A DNA stretch of 50,810 nt from Geosiphon pyriformis uo1 (lineage: Eukaryota; Fungi; Glomeromycota). The notes under the pieces are model-generated. The model had not been told where the DNA came from and ran no database searches. It saw nothing but the letters and a program-made list of their open reading frames with translations. How positions within the stretch are numbered: position 1 is the first letter of the stretch; the number at the start of each line of letters is the position of its first letter. Of the stretch, positions 12,101 through 23,736 are shown one piece after another. The DNA is taken from the NCBI GenBank assembly GCA_016748015.1, contig JAAOMT010000672.1, positions 580,406 to 631,215 of the forward strand. The letters are read 5' to 3'. Made by a program: the position numbers and the translations under genes.

Positions 12101-14757
12101 GCTGAAATGATCTACAAACTTGCCATGATCTTAATTGACGGAGGAACCAAAGAAGATGTTTTTCAAATGAAAGAAGCTGAATATATCAAATATACCTTGA
12201 AATTAGCTGGATTTGATTATGAAGATGAAGTAGAAGTATACTATCAAATTGCAAGTCACACCTACCTGACTAAAGAAGCTCAAACTCAATGGCTAGAACA
12301 AATGAACATTAAATTATGTGAGGAATGCATAATGCCTTGTAATGAACAATGGTGTTCTGAATGCTACACTCTTAACATTCCCTTGCCCAGCAAAAGTGAT
12401 GAATACGAAATTGAATTCGGAGAACCTGAAACAACAGAAGAAATTGAAACAACACTCATCTATCTCATCAAAAATCAGTCTGCTTTACAACTCAAATACT
12501 TCAACAACAATGAACAAAAAATAAAACCAGAAAAAGTCCACGAAATCAAGCTGAATATGATCTAAGATATCCAGGAAAAGATACTCTTATTTTCAAACCC
12601 AAATCACTCACAAAAATCAACCTCAAAATTGTCCTCAAAATTCCACCAAAAACAATGGTCTAAATTGCTTTACGATCATCATTGGCAAGCAAAGGAATCA
12701 ATATTAGAAGAGAAATCATAGATGCTGGATATACAGAAAACATTACAATCATATTACAAAATGAAACTGATAAGCCTTTTCAGATTGAACATGCTGAAAA
12801 AATTGTTCAAGCTATTTATTTACCCTTAATCAACATTTCGGGCTTACAATTAGTCAATCAAAGAGAACAATTGGGAAAAAGCAAAAAAAAAACACAAAGT
12901 TTTGGTTCAACTGGATGATTTACAGTTCCAGTAAACATAGCTCTCAATGAACAGAATAAATCTCACCAGATTTTACACCTTCCTTAACCAATTACTATTT
13001 CACCTTTCGGAGAACACTCTGAAATCTATATCTGCCTAAAGCCAACAACCACCCAACAAATTTTTGAATCCAATGAACGAATCTGCTTGGAACATAATAT
13101 CTTGATCTCAAATATTTACATCTCAGAAGGAACAAAGAAAGTCTGAGTTACTTTTTACAACCCCAATAATTACCCCATAGTTTTATTAAATAACTTAAAA
13201 ATTGGAGTTATTCACAGTAATATCTTTTAACAAGAATTACCCCAAACAGTCACTGATTTCTCTGAAATTATTGGACATTCACTACCAAAAATCAACCCAA
13301 ACCCCAGCTCTGAAAACTACCATGTTGTTATGGAAAAACTATTTCGAATCAACATGGGACAACTTGAATCACAACAACAGAGCCAGCTCAAAGAGCTAAT
13401 TGTAGAATTTGCTGATATCTTTGCCAAAAACAACAATGACTTAGAAAGAACTGATTTGGTTCAACACCAAATCTATATAGGAGATGCCAAACCAAAGCAA
13501 CAGCAAGCTTACTGAGTTGCTCCAGAAAGTTACCAATTTATCCACAAAAAAGTACAACAAATGCTCAACAATGGACTTATTCAACTATCAATGAATCCAT
13601 GGGCCTTACCTGTGGTCTTAGTTAAAAAGAAAAATAGAAAGATACGATTTTGTGTTGATTATCGACAACTCAATAGTATTACCATTGGAAATGCCTATCT
13701 CTTTTCCCAAATTGATAATATGTTGGATGCCCTTGGAAAGGCCAAATACTTTTCAACACCAGATCTAGAAAGCAGATACTGGCAAGTTGCTATGGACCCC
13801 AAAGATTGTCCCAAAACAGCCTTCACAATCCAAAGAAGAAATTACGAATTTAATGTAATGCCTTTCGGATTATGCAATGCACCAGCAACATTTCAGAGAT
13901 TAATGGATATTGTGTACAAAGAACTCCTTTGGAAGTCAGTAGTCATTTATCTTGATAATACTGATGTTTATTTTCTATCATTCGAATTACACTTAAAACA
14001 CCTGCGAGAAGTTTTTCAACGATTACAAAAAGCAGAACTAAAACTCAACATCGAAAAATGCTACTTTGGAAAAACAAGCTTGGCCTTCTTTGGTCATATT
14101 ATTAGTAAAGATGGAATCAAACCAGACCCTAGAAAAATCAGCACTGTCAAAAACTTCAAAACTCCTCAAAACACTACAGAACTAAGAAGATTCATAAGGT
14201 TAGTCTTCTACTATCAGAAGTTTATCAAAAGATTTTTAGAAATCACAAAACCTCTCAACCAGTTTACCACCAAAAACGTCGAATACAAATGGACTGCTGA
14301 ACACCAAAACACACTTGAAATCTTCAAAAAAAAACTAATAACAGCTTCAATTCTTGCTTACCCAGATTTCAGCAACCAATTCCAGTTAGCAACAGATGTC
14401 TCTTATACTGCCTTTGGTGCTATCCTATTACAGTTAGATGACAATAGAAATGAGCAAGTAATTGCTTATGCTAGCAGAACATTGAAACCAGCTGAAAAGA
14501 ACTACTCTGCAACAGAATTAGAAACTGCAGCAGTAATCTGGGCCCTACATCACTTCAACTTTTACCTCAAACCCAAAGAATTTGATATTATCACTGATAA
14601 TATTGGACTCAAATGGCTTTAGAACAAAAACACTCAGCTAAATGCAAAACAAACACAATGGACAGGATTTTTAGCCAACTACCAATACATTGTACACCAC
14701 AAACTAGGAAAACTCCACACCAACGTTGATTGTCTCTCAAGAATGAGGCAAGATTAG
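9110..14757 (+). pseudogene. B1 gag-protease-Cys-rich domain-dUTPase-RT-RNaseH polyprotein
   Basis: Gag (9863-10519 and on) with CYYCGIPGH...C knuckle near 10568. Protease ILDNGSARSI near 11210 in the same frame. RT 13561-14622 (PWALPVVLV, RFCVDYRQLN, MPFGLCNAPATFQ, YLDN). RNase H (LATDVS, NYSATELE, ITDN, NVDCLSR). Stop TAG at 14755-14757. Confidence 0.93.
12490..12916 (+). pseudogene. Trimeric dUTPase domain between protease and RT (B1)
   Basis: Eroded motifs: AEYDLRY (motif 1, across a 1-nt frameshift), RSSLASKG, IIDAGYTE, KIVQAI, QSFGSTG. Confidence 0.88.
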
Positions 14758-14803
14758 AATACAAAACCAACACCCATTTAAATTAACAACAAAACAACAA
14801 ACA

Positions 14804-16189
14804 ATGAATTCTGAAAACTACAACAATCTTAAACAATATTTGGAGACATTAACAATCCCAACAGATTAGTTCTCAGATAAAAAACATTGGTTACAACAAC
14901 AAGCCAAACAATACCTCTTACACAACAACATGATTTATTATCAAAATTTCAGAAACCCAGACAATTTACTCAGATTAATACAAGAACATGAAAAAGAAAC
15001 CATTTTATATAACATGCACTCAGACTCTTCATCAGCACATCTAGAAAAAAACAGTACTATCCAGAGAACATTAGAATATTACTTTTGGCCTCAAATAAGA
15101 AAAGACATTCATAAATACATTAAGTCTTGTGATAGTTGTCAAAGAAGAGAAGAAACTTGCCCTACAGAACTTTTAAACCCAATTAAAGTTGAACAGCTTT
15201 TTGACTGAGTTGGTATTGATTTAGTTGAACCACTATCTATCACAAACCAAGAAAACTATTATATTGCAGTAGCTGTAAACTATCTTACCAAATGGCCCGA
15301 AGCCAAAGCCATTCAATGAGCAGATGTGAAATCAGTAGCAAACTTCATCTACAAAAACATCATTTGTAGACATGGATGTCCAATAAAACTTTTATCTGAT
15401 CAAAGAACACATTTCGTAAACAATTTAATCCAGGAAATTTGTGAACAATTTAATATCAAGAGACCATTATCTTCGCCCTACCATCCACAAACAAATGGAC
15501 TTGTAAAACATTTCAACAGAACATTGTGTGAATCATTAGCCAAAGTCTTAACCAATTTTGAGCAAAAATGGGATCTCTTTATTCCATCAGTGTTACTGGC
15601 ATATAGAACACTAAAATAAGATATCACAAAACACATACTATTTGATTTAATCTACAGAAAGACAGCAATGTTACCAATTAGTTTCACAATAAAAACATAC
15701 TTAGTACAACCAATTAATAAAGACAACTTTTAGGAAACACTACAACAAAGAGCCTACACTCTGCTTAACACGTTGGAAGGAAAACAACGAATAGCAGCCA
15801 CTCATATTAAACACTCCCAAGCTTAACAAAAAGAACGGCATGATGACAAATTGCCTCCAATTACCAATGAATTTAAAATTGGAAACAAAGTTTTCTTATA
15901 CAGAACTAAAGCTGAAAAACAATAGAGTGGAAAATTTGAAAATAAATAGGATAGACCATTTTTTATCCATGAAGTTCTAAACAACGGATCATATAAGCTA
16001 AGACTTGATGACAAAATCCTAGTAAAAGTTGCACATGGAGATCGTTTAAAACACTATAATTCCAAAAACAATCCTGAACCATTAATTCCACAAATTGGTA
16101 CACATTCCCTTTTAATCAATCCTGAAGATATTCCCCAAAATTTAGAACCAATAGTTGTCATTGAACAATCTCCCAACTTGAACACTTAA
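14804..16189 (+). pseudogene. B1 integrase as a separate ORF
   Basis: Own ATG at 14804 in a different frame from RT/RNaseH. HHCC (H..H..CDSC), GIDLV, LLSDQ, PYHPQTNGLV, GPF-like region, ends LEPIVVIE...TAA. One frame throughout, with internal nonsense mutations. Confidence 0.88.
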
Positions 16190-16311
16190 TTTAAATTTAT
16201 TATTATAGTTATCTCCTTATAATTTAGAAACAATCTCACAAAAACAAAACAAAAATAACATAAAAACCCATACACCAAAAATAATTTTCTTTTATTTTCA
16301 AATCTCTTATA

Positions 16312-17031
16312 ATGACTATTCCTCAAAACATTTAACAATTATCTTAAAAACTAATGTTAGCTTTAAAAACAATACCCGAATTATCTATTATTGTTACTGG
16401 AAACCACATTAATTATATCCAAACAGAAGTAGTTACAAATTTAGTCCCAAATTCACGAAAATATCACTCGTATAAGAAAAACACAAGAAGTTATTCTGGA
16501 ATTTACTTGCCAAAACTTTTAAAGCTTGCTTTAAGAGAAAACTTAATGCTCACTTCGATTAGTATTCCACCAAATACTACAATTCAACAAAGACTTCAAC
16601 TGTGTCTTAATAAAAAAAACACTGAATACTCTCCAATCTATAGATATTTCTACATTGAAAAAACACTTTATGAACAAAAACTGGAACTTACAACAGCAAA
16701 CCTCACAAAAAAAGCTATTCAGAAACAACTCCACAACGAATTCAAGACAACAGCTGGACCAACAAACAGTTGCTACAAGCTCAGAGCTGCTCTTAGACTT
16801 TATGACCTATTCCACACCTGTAAAAACGTTCTACAAAACCCAATTTTACAATCTTTGAAGATTCAATACATTGGAAAGCTCACAAAACTGAAATTTCAAC
16901 AATTTTCAGACCAAATTTCTTCAATAATTTTGGATTATTATCTGGAAATTACAGACAGTACTTGGACTTTGATAGAACTCAGTCTTGAGAAGGAAGTTAT
17001 GTTACCAGACAAAATTAGAGCTATTATTTAG
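16312..17031 (+). pseudogene. B1 ORF3 (unknown function, downstream of integrase)
   Basis: ATG at 16312 (MTIPQNI*QLSQKLM), then the open 225-aa ORF 16354-17031 running through the PPT into the 3' LTR. Positional homologues exist in families A and C. Confidence 0.75.
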
Positions 17032-17977
17032 CATGAAATTATCTTTATTCCTATCATTAATTAGCATATATTATTATTCCAAATTATTACTTATTACATC
17101 AGCAAAATGTCCAAAATTATCATTTAATTAATAACCTAATTTATATATAACACAAATATAACTTAAGTGTGATGATCAATTATGCAATACCCCGAAATAT
17201 GTAACATTCAAAAGTTCACCAAAATTTGTAGAAATTCACCGAAATAATTGATAGTTTACCAAAATATCTAATAGTTCGCAGAAATAACTTGTAGTTCGCC
17301 AAAATGTATCTTTAGTTTAGCAAAATTGTAGAAAAGAGTAAAATTCAAGTTCATAAAATAGTGTTATGACAAATTGTATAAAAGAAAAGCTTTTTTCTTT
17401 AAGAAAATGTATTTTACTTTAGATTTATTACTTAGAACTATTCCTACACACACAAAAAGAAATAAATATCAAATAATTTGAAAAACTAAACTCTTTAATT
17501 ATTGCACTTAAAAAATCCTCAAAACCCAACTAACGTTTTGAAATTGATTAGCTATCAATTTCAATAAACTGTTAGTGACTTCAGGCCTGAATAGAAAACA
17601 TTTTCTTTGATAAAAATCCTATTTCTTTTATATTTCTTTTATTTTATTTTATTTTTCTTATTATAATCATTAGAGTAGCCTACAGACAAGATTCTTGTAG
17701 AAGAGTTGACTTTCACAGCAAAGTAACTACACATTTTTTAGTAAGCTTCCAGATGAGCAATTTCTGGGAAAGAGTTGATGTTTACTACAATGTAACTATA
17801 CAAAGTAACTGACATGGAATTGGTCATTCTACTTATAAGCCCAGTAGTTCAAATTATAGAAGATAATTTGAGAATAAATTCAGTTATCAGAGGTTCAAAC
17901 ACTTCCCATAATCATGAATTAACAGCATTACAACAAACATACAAGAGCTAAGAAGAGACCAAAAACTTCCAATAACA
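17000..17977 (+). repeat. 3' LTR of B1
   Basis: tgttaccagac...caataaca, preceded by purine tract gagaaggaag. Confidence 0.95.
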
Positions 17978-17981
17978 GTAT

Positions 17982-20772
17982 GTTCAAAATCCAAATTCCC
18001 AGAACTATTTAAGTCTTTTGATAACCCCAGAAAATGTTTCATCCAACAATCAAGAAACCAACTGAATGCCACTTACCAATAATATACCTCTAGTAATCAT
18101 TACTAATGACAAATTATTGGCTGCTATTTTTTTTTTGAATTCAAAGAACCATCAGAAACTCTTTTATTTAGTAGAATCACTTTTAATACAAAACCAATTA
18201 CCACAATATATACCAATGCTAAAGTCAATGGTCAATTCATCAAACAATCTTAGACAGTAGTTCAGCAGGCAGCATCATTACATGACAACTTATAGACCAA
18301 TTAAATTACCAAGTTAATTGTGCTGTCAGTGCCAGAATTATTACACTAATGAAGCAATAAAAATGCCTATTAGAGAGCTTGACAACTTTTTTTTTCAAAG
18401 TCAATGGCATCATCATTTTAATCAAAGTATTGGTAATGAAAGCTACACAGTATCAAGCACTTATTGGAAATCCAGAACAATATATTACACTCCCTAATCT
18501 TTCTAAGAAGCAGAAACTAAAATAGTTCAATAATAATAATAAAGATATTATGTCAAAACATGCATATAATACTGATGCAGAGTTTGATTTAAGATATCCA
18601 AAAAAAGATGCCATCAAATTAGAACCACATTTGTGCACATGTATTGATCTAAAAGTAGTACTGGAAATTTTAGCAACAATAATGGTTCAACTAGCATTTA
18701 GGAGTAGTTTAATAAAAAAAAGAATCAACATTAGAGGAAAAATAATTGATGCAGGATATATAGAAAATATTATTGCAATATTACAAAATGACTTAGAAAA
18801 AGAATATATTATTGAACCAAATAAAAAGATAGTACAAACAATATTTTTTTCTTTGGTTAAAATAGCTCAGTTAGTATCAGTAGAAAAAAAAGAAAAATTA
18901 GAGATGACAGCAAGAGGAATAAGTGGATTCGGATTCATGGATAGAATAAACATATCAGTTAACATGGCAGAAGAAAAAGTTATTGACAAGAAAAAAATTA
19001 TTTCCACCTGTTAATCAATTTCTATTCTGCCATATGACCAGTACATGTTAGCCATAGAAAAAAAAGTAAAAGATCAAGGCCAAATTTTTGAAGTAGAAAT
19101 CACAATTTGTGAATCAGGAAAAATTGGATTTACCAATTTTTACATACTAGCCAAAAGCCTGAAACACATAAAAATTCCCATTTACAACACAACTAAAAAA
19201 GTTATCAAAATACCAAAAAGAATCATTATCAGATATATAAGCACAGAAGTTAAGAATCAACCACCAAGCATTATCTCAGATTTTCCACAACTTTGTGAAT
19301 ATATGAATATCACATTACAAACAATATACAGACAAAAAAAATATTATTTGCTCCAATCAAAACAATTGGAACAAATGAACTTGGGAAACTTAGACCCACT
19401 CTAATAGATACAACTCAAAATATTACTTAACAATTTTATTGATAATTTTGCTAGTAAAATAAATTTGGCCAAACTGATATTATCCAGCATCAGATTAAGA
19501 CTGGAAATATAATGCCAATTAAACAAAGAGCATACTGAGTGCCACCAGTCAGCCATAAAATCATCCAACAAGAAATTAACAGAATATTAGACAATGGGTT
19601 AATTCAATTATCAATAAGTCCATGATTATTATCAGTAGTACTAGTCCATAAAAAAATGAGAAAATTCACTTTTGTGTGGATTATAAAAAACTTAATAATA
19701 TAACTTATGGAGACAGCTACCTCACTTTATAAATCCAAAAATTATTTGATGTTTTTGAAAGAAAAAAATAGTTTTCAACATTGAATCTAAATAGTAATTA
19801 CTGGCAAGTAGCCATAAATTCAGCCAACAAAGAAAAAACTGTGTTCACTACTAGAGAAAAAAATTTTGAATTTGAAGTCATGCCATTTGGCTTAACCAAT
19901 ATGCCAGCCATATTTCAATGGTTTATGGAAATTGTTTATACCAAACTGCTATAAAAATCAGTAGTTGTATATTTGGATAACACCAATGTATTTTTAAGAA
20001 CATTCAATAATTATTTGCATTATCTTTAGCAAGTGTTCAAAAAATTGAGAAAAGCAGTATTGAAACTGAATGCAACCAAGTGCTTTTTCAGCAAAACAGA
20101 ATTGAAATTTCTAGTATATATCATGAGTAAAAATGGTATCAAGACAGATCCAAATAAGATCGAGATAGTAAAAAACTTTTCAGTACCAACAAACTTGATA
20201 GAACTATGAACATTTTTGAGATTTACTGGATATTACTACCACTTTATCTAGAACTTCTCAAAAATAGCTCAATTACTTTACCAGCTTTAAGCCAAAAATG
20301 TGAAATATGAATAGACTAAAAAACAACAAAAAGCTTTTGATACTTTAAGAAAAAAGTTTATCTAAGCATTAATATTGATTTATCCAGATTACAACAAGCC
20401 ATTCATCATTACCACCAATACATCAGGTTAAGCATTGGGAGCAGTATTATCACAGAGAAGACCAGATGAAAAAGAACACCCAATAGTATATACTAGCCAA
20501 AGCTTAAGTCCAGCCAAAAAGAACTACAGAACATCAGCACTAGAACACTTAGCTATCTATTAGACAGTCATGAAATGAAAGAAATACTTAAGCCAAAAAT
20601 TTGACATTTACACTGATCACAAAGGATTGACATCAATCCAAAAACAAAAATTTGGAGATAACTGTTATGCCAGATAGAAAATAAAACTTTTATTATTTAA
20701 ATATACAGTATACTATAAAAAGGAAAAAAAAATGGAAACATTGACAGTTTGTTGCAAATAAAACAAATCTAA
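17982..20772 (+). pseudogene. A1 protease (3'-deleted)-dUTPase-RT-RNaseH
   Basis: ILDSSSAGSII protease motif, DAEFDLRYP / RSSL / IIDAGY / RGISGFG dUTPase (ORF 18550-19014), RT MPFGLTN and YLDN, RNase H. Stop TAA at 20770-20772. Confidence 0.88.
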
Positions 20773-20802
20773 GAACATTTCAACCCAAAAATATAACAAA
20801 AG

Positions 20803-22185
20803 ATGAATATACAAAAATATTAACAACTCTAATACTATATTAATACCCAACAGTTCAAGGAGAAATTATCTTCAAAGAAATGAAACAACATAAAACAAAA
20901 ATCCAAATATTTTATTACCTATTAAAATATATTATATCAGAAAAACAGAAAAAATCCAGATCAACCACTCAAAGTAATTACAGAACCAAAAAAAGAAACA
21001 ATATTATACAATATGCACTCAGATCTGACAGCAGAACATTTTCATAAAAAAACAATCATGGAAAGAACCAGAAAAAGATATTATTGGTCATCAATATATC
21101 CAGACATTATTCAATATGTTTAAAATTGTGTGGCTTGTCAGAAAAGAAGAGAAACAAGATCTAGTAAACCACTAAGACTAATTAAAGTAGAACAATTATT
21201 TAATAGAATTGAAATTAACTTAGTCAGATCATTAACAATAACTAGCAAAGGCAATTATTATATAGTAGTGACTATAGATTATTTTACAAAATGGCCAAAA
21301 ACAAAAACAATTCAAAAAGCAGATGGAAAATTTGTAGCCAAATTTGTTTACCAAGATTTGATTTATTGATATAGATTTCCAAAAAAATTGTTATCAGATT
21401 AAGAAATGCACTTTATAAACAGAATATTAGCAAAATTAAGCCAAAGATTTATAATTAAGAGACCATTATTATTACCATATCATCCATAAACAAATAGTTT
21501 AGTTGAAAAGTTCAACAGAACATTGTGTGCAGCAATCACTAAAATCAGCTAAAAAAACCAAGACAAATAGAATTTGTTTATATCATTAGTACTATTTGCT
21601 TATTAGACAATAAAACAAAATACCACACAAGCAACACTATTTGAACTTGTTTATAATAGAACAGCAATATTACCAATTGAGATAGACATTAACACATATT
21701 CAATAAAACCAATAACAGAAGCCAATTTCTAAAAAATATTGCTAAAAAGAACATACAAATTAATAGAAACATTAGAAAACAAAAGACAAAAAGCAACTAA
21801 TAATATTCAAAAGTCACAAAAAAAACAAAAAAAATAACATGATAATTAATTATCAAACAAACCAGTCAAATTCAGAATTGAAGACAAAGTACTCTTACAT
21901 TATACCAAAGCAGAAAAACAATGGAGTAAAAAATTTGATCTCAAATGGGACAGACCATTTTACATAAAAGAAATTCTAGAAAATAAAGCTTATAAATTAA
22001 GATAAAACAACAAAATCTTAGCCAAAACAGTACATGGTAATTAACTGAAACCATATTATAATACAGCATCATTATTGACCAGTAATATTTCACAACTAAG
22101 AGTACAATAAATACTAATCTAACCAAATGAGATTTCATAAGATCTAGAACCAATTATAATTATTGATTTGAATGCATCAAATTAA
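20803..22185 (+). pseudogene. A1 integrase (separate ORF)
   Basis: ATG at 20803 (MNIQKY..L..Y), HHCC, DYFTKWP, LLSD, LVEKFNRTLC, KWDRPFY, ends LEPIIIID...TAA. Confidence 0.87.
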
Positions 22186-22239
22186 TTAACTAAAAAAGTA
22201 TATAAAAACATAGTATCTGTAACAAAAACAACAAAAAAA

Positions 22240-22881
22240 ATAGAAATACTGAATCATATTTACACCTTAGCTCAACAATTATTTTAGGTCTTAAATCAAC
22301 AACAGTTAAACATAAAAATTGATATTAGCCACTAAACAATCTGCTATTGGAACATCAAAAAAGATAGAAAAACAAAAAATACACTATATTAGTAACCACA
22401 GGACCAAATAAAACACTAGTTGGATAAAATAATAGAAAAAATAAAAAACACTTTTGGGAAAATATCTATTATGGTTCTAACAGAAAAGCTGTTAAAAGAA
22501 TATTAGAAACAGTGGATAAAACAACTTCCAATATTATACTGCTACTATCAGTTGAGACAGAAGTTGGATATTTAGAGATTATATCTTAATAAAGCCAAAA
22601 GAATATTTAATCAAGAGATAATTTGGAATATCAATAACATTATTAAAAAGAAAACAAATTTAACACTACACATTAAAACAATTTATCAATTACACATGAT
22701 ATTTCAAAACTACTCAAAAATATTGCTACACTCTGACATAGAAACAATAACTATTAACCAATGGAAAAGAATGAACAACTCGTAAATTGAAAATATAAAA
22801 ACCAGAGTTGAACAAACAATACTAGAAAGAAAAGTCATAGAACTAATTTAAGATGAAAATTTCAATAAAGCTCAATATTAA
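22240..22881 (+). pseudogene. A1 ORF3 (214 codons, start eroded to ATA)
   Basis: Same length (642 nt) and sequence as 23924-24565. N-terminus resembles B1 ORF3. Confidence 0.72.
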
Positions 22882-22894
22882 AAGAAAGAAATAA

Positions 22895-23732
22895 TGTTAC
22901 TCATAGAAAAAACATACAAGAAAATAGTAAAAAAAACAAATAGACCAATAGGAGAATAATAGTTAAACATGTGAACACATTGTTTAGCAATGTGGAGCAT
23001 TGTCAAGAATTACAGCACATTGCTTAGTAATATGAAGCAATATTAGAAAATTATGACACATTGCTTGAAAAGTTATAGCACATTATTTGGGAATGTAAGC
23101 AATCTTGTAGAACTCAAATTATGTATATATAGTAAGAGAAATAAATACAGAAAAGACAAAATTAGTACCAAGATATCCCTGTTAAAACATCTTAATTAGA
23201 ATTATTAATATTAATAAATAATTATTTATCATCTAAATTTTTCTCCCCACTATCTATACTTTATGTTAATAGTATCTGATACTTAATTACACTGGAACAA
23301 TAGCTCTTGATCATGGCTATTAACAGATACTAATATAAATTGTCTTGGCTTATTTCTTTATTTCTTTATTTTTTTTTTTTTCTTTTCTTTTCTTTTGTTT
23401 TATTTACTAATTGATTAAAGATTAAATGCACGAAGTTATTGATGTTAAAATAATTAGTAAAAGACTCAGAAATAAGAGTAAAACACTTAAAGATTAAGAA
23501 TAGCTTATCAGAAGAATTACTGGCCATCATGCTAAGAAAAAAATTTGATGGAATTACAATTCTGGGAAGTAATAAATAAAACTACACTTGAATCTCTGTT
23601 TATTATACAAAAAACTCAACTAAAATTTTTAGACAACCAAAATCTTCAGATATTACCAACCTAATTCAGCTATCAAGTACCAAGTTATGGGTTTGTTATT
23701 TGATTTAAGATTCCAAATAATTACCTATAATA
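22895..23732 (+). repeat. 3' LTR of A1
   Basis: tgttactcatag...cctataata followed by TSD ctat. Confidence 0.92.
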
Positions 23733-23736
23733 CTAT

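Larger units (their letters stand above)
8119..17977 (+). mobile_element. Gypsy LTR retrotransposon B1, full length (9859 bp), least decayed copy
   Basis: LTRs 8119-9085 and 17000-17977 with TG...CA ends. TSD GTAT at 8115-8118 and 17978-17981. The flanks rejoin to the A-family sequence seen uninterrupted at about 34590-34640. Confidence 0.96.
918..23732 (+). mobile_element. Gypsy LTR retrotransposon A1 (complete, decayed), containing nested pogo and B1 elements
   Basis: Paired LTRs 918-5993 (interrupted) and 22895-23732. 4-bp TSD CTAT at 914-917 and 23733-23736. PBS follows the 5' LTR and a purine tract precedes the 3' LTR. Confidence 0.92.

Noticed and set aside
12535-12570. Programmed frameshift at the dUTPase start in B1
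   Set aside because: It falls inside motif 1 (DAGYDL), which is uninterrupted in A1, so a 1-nt mutational deletion is simpler.
15800-16189. Chromodomain at the integrase C-terminus
   Set aside because: Only the GPF/SH3-like region and a short tail are present; no chromodomain pattern.
16312-17031. ORF3 as an envelope gene
   Set aside because: No signal peptide, transmembrane segment or cleavage motif, and too short.
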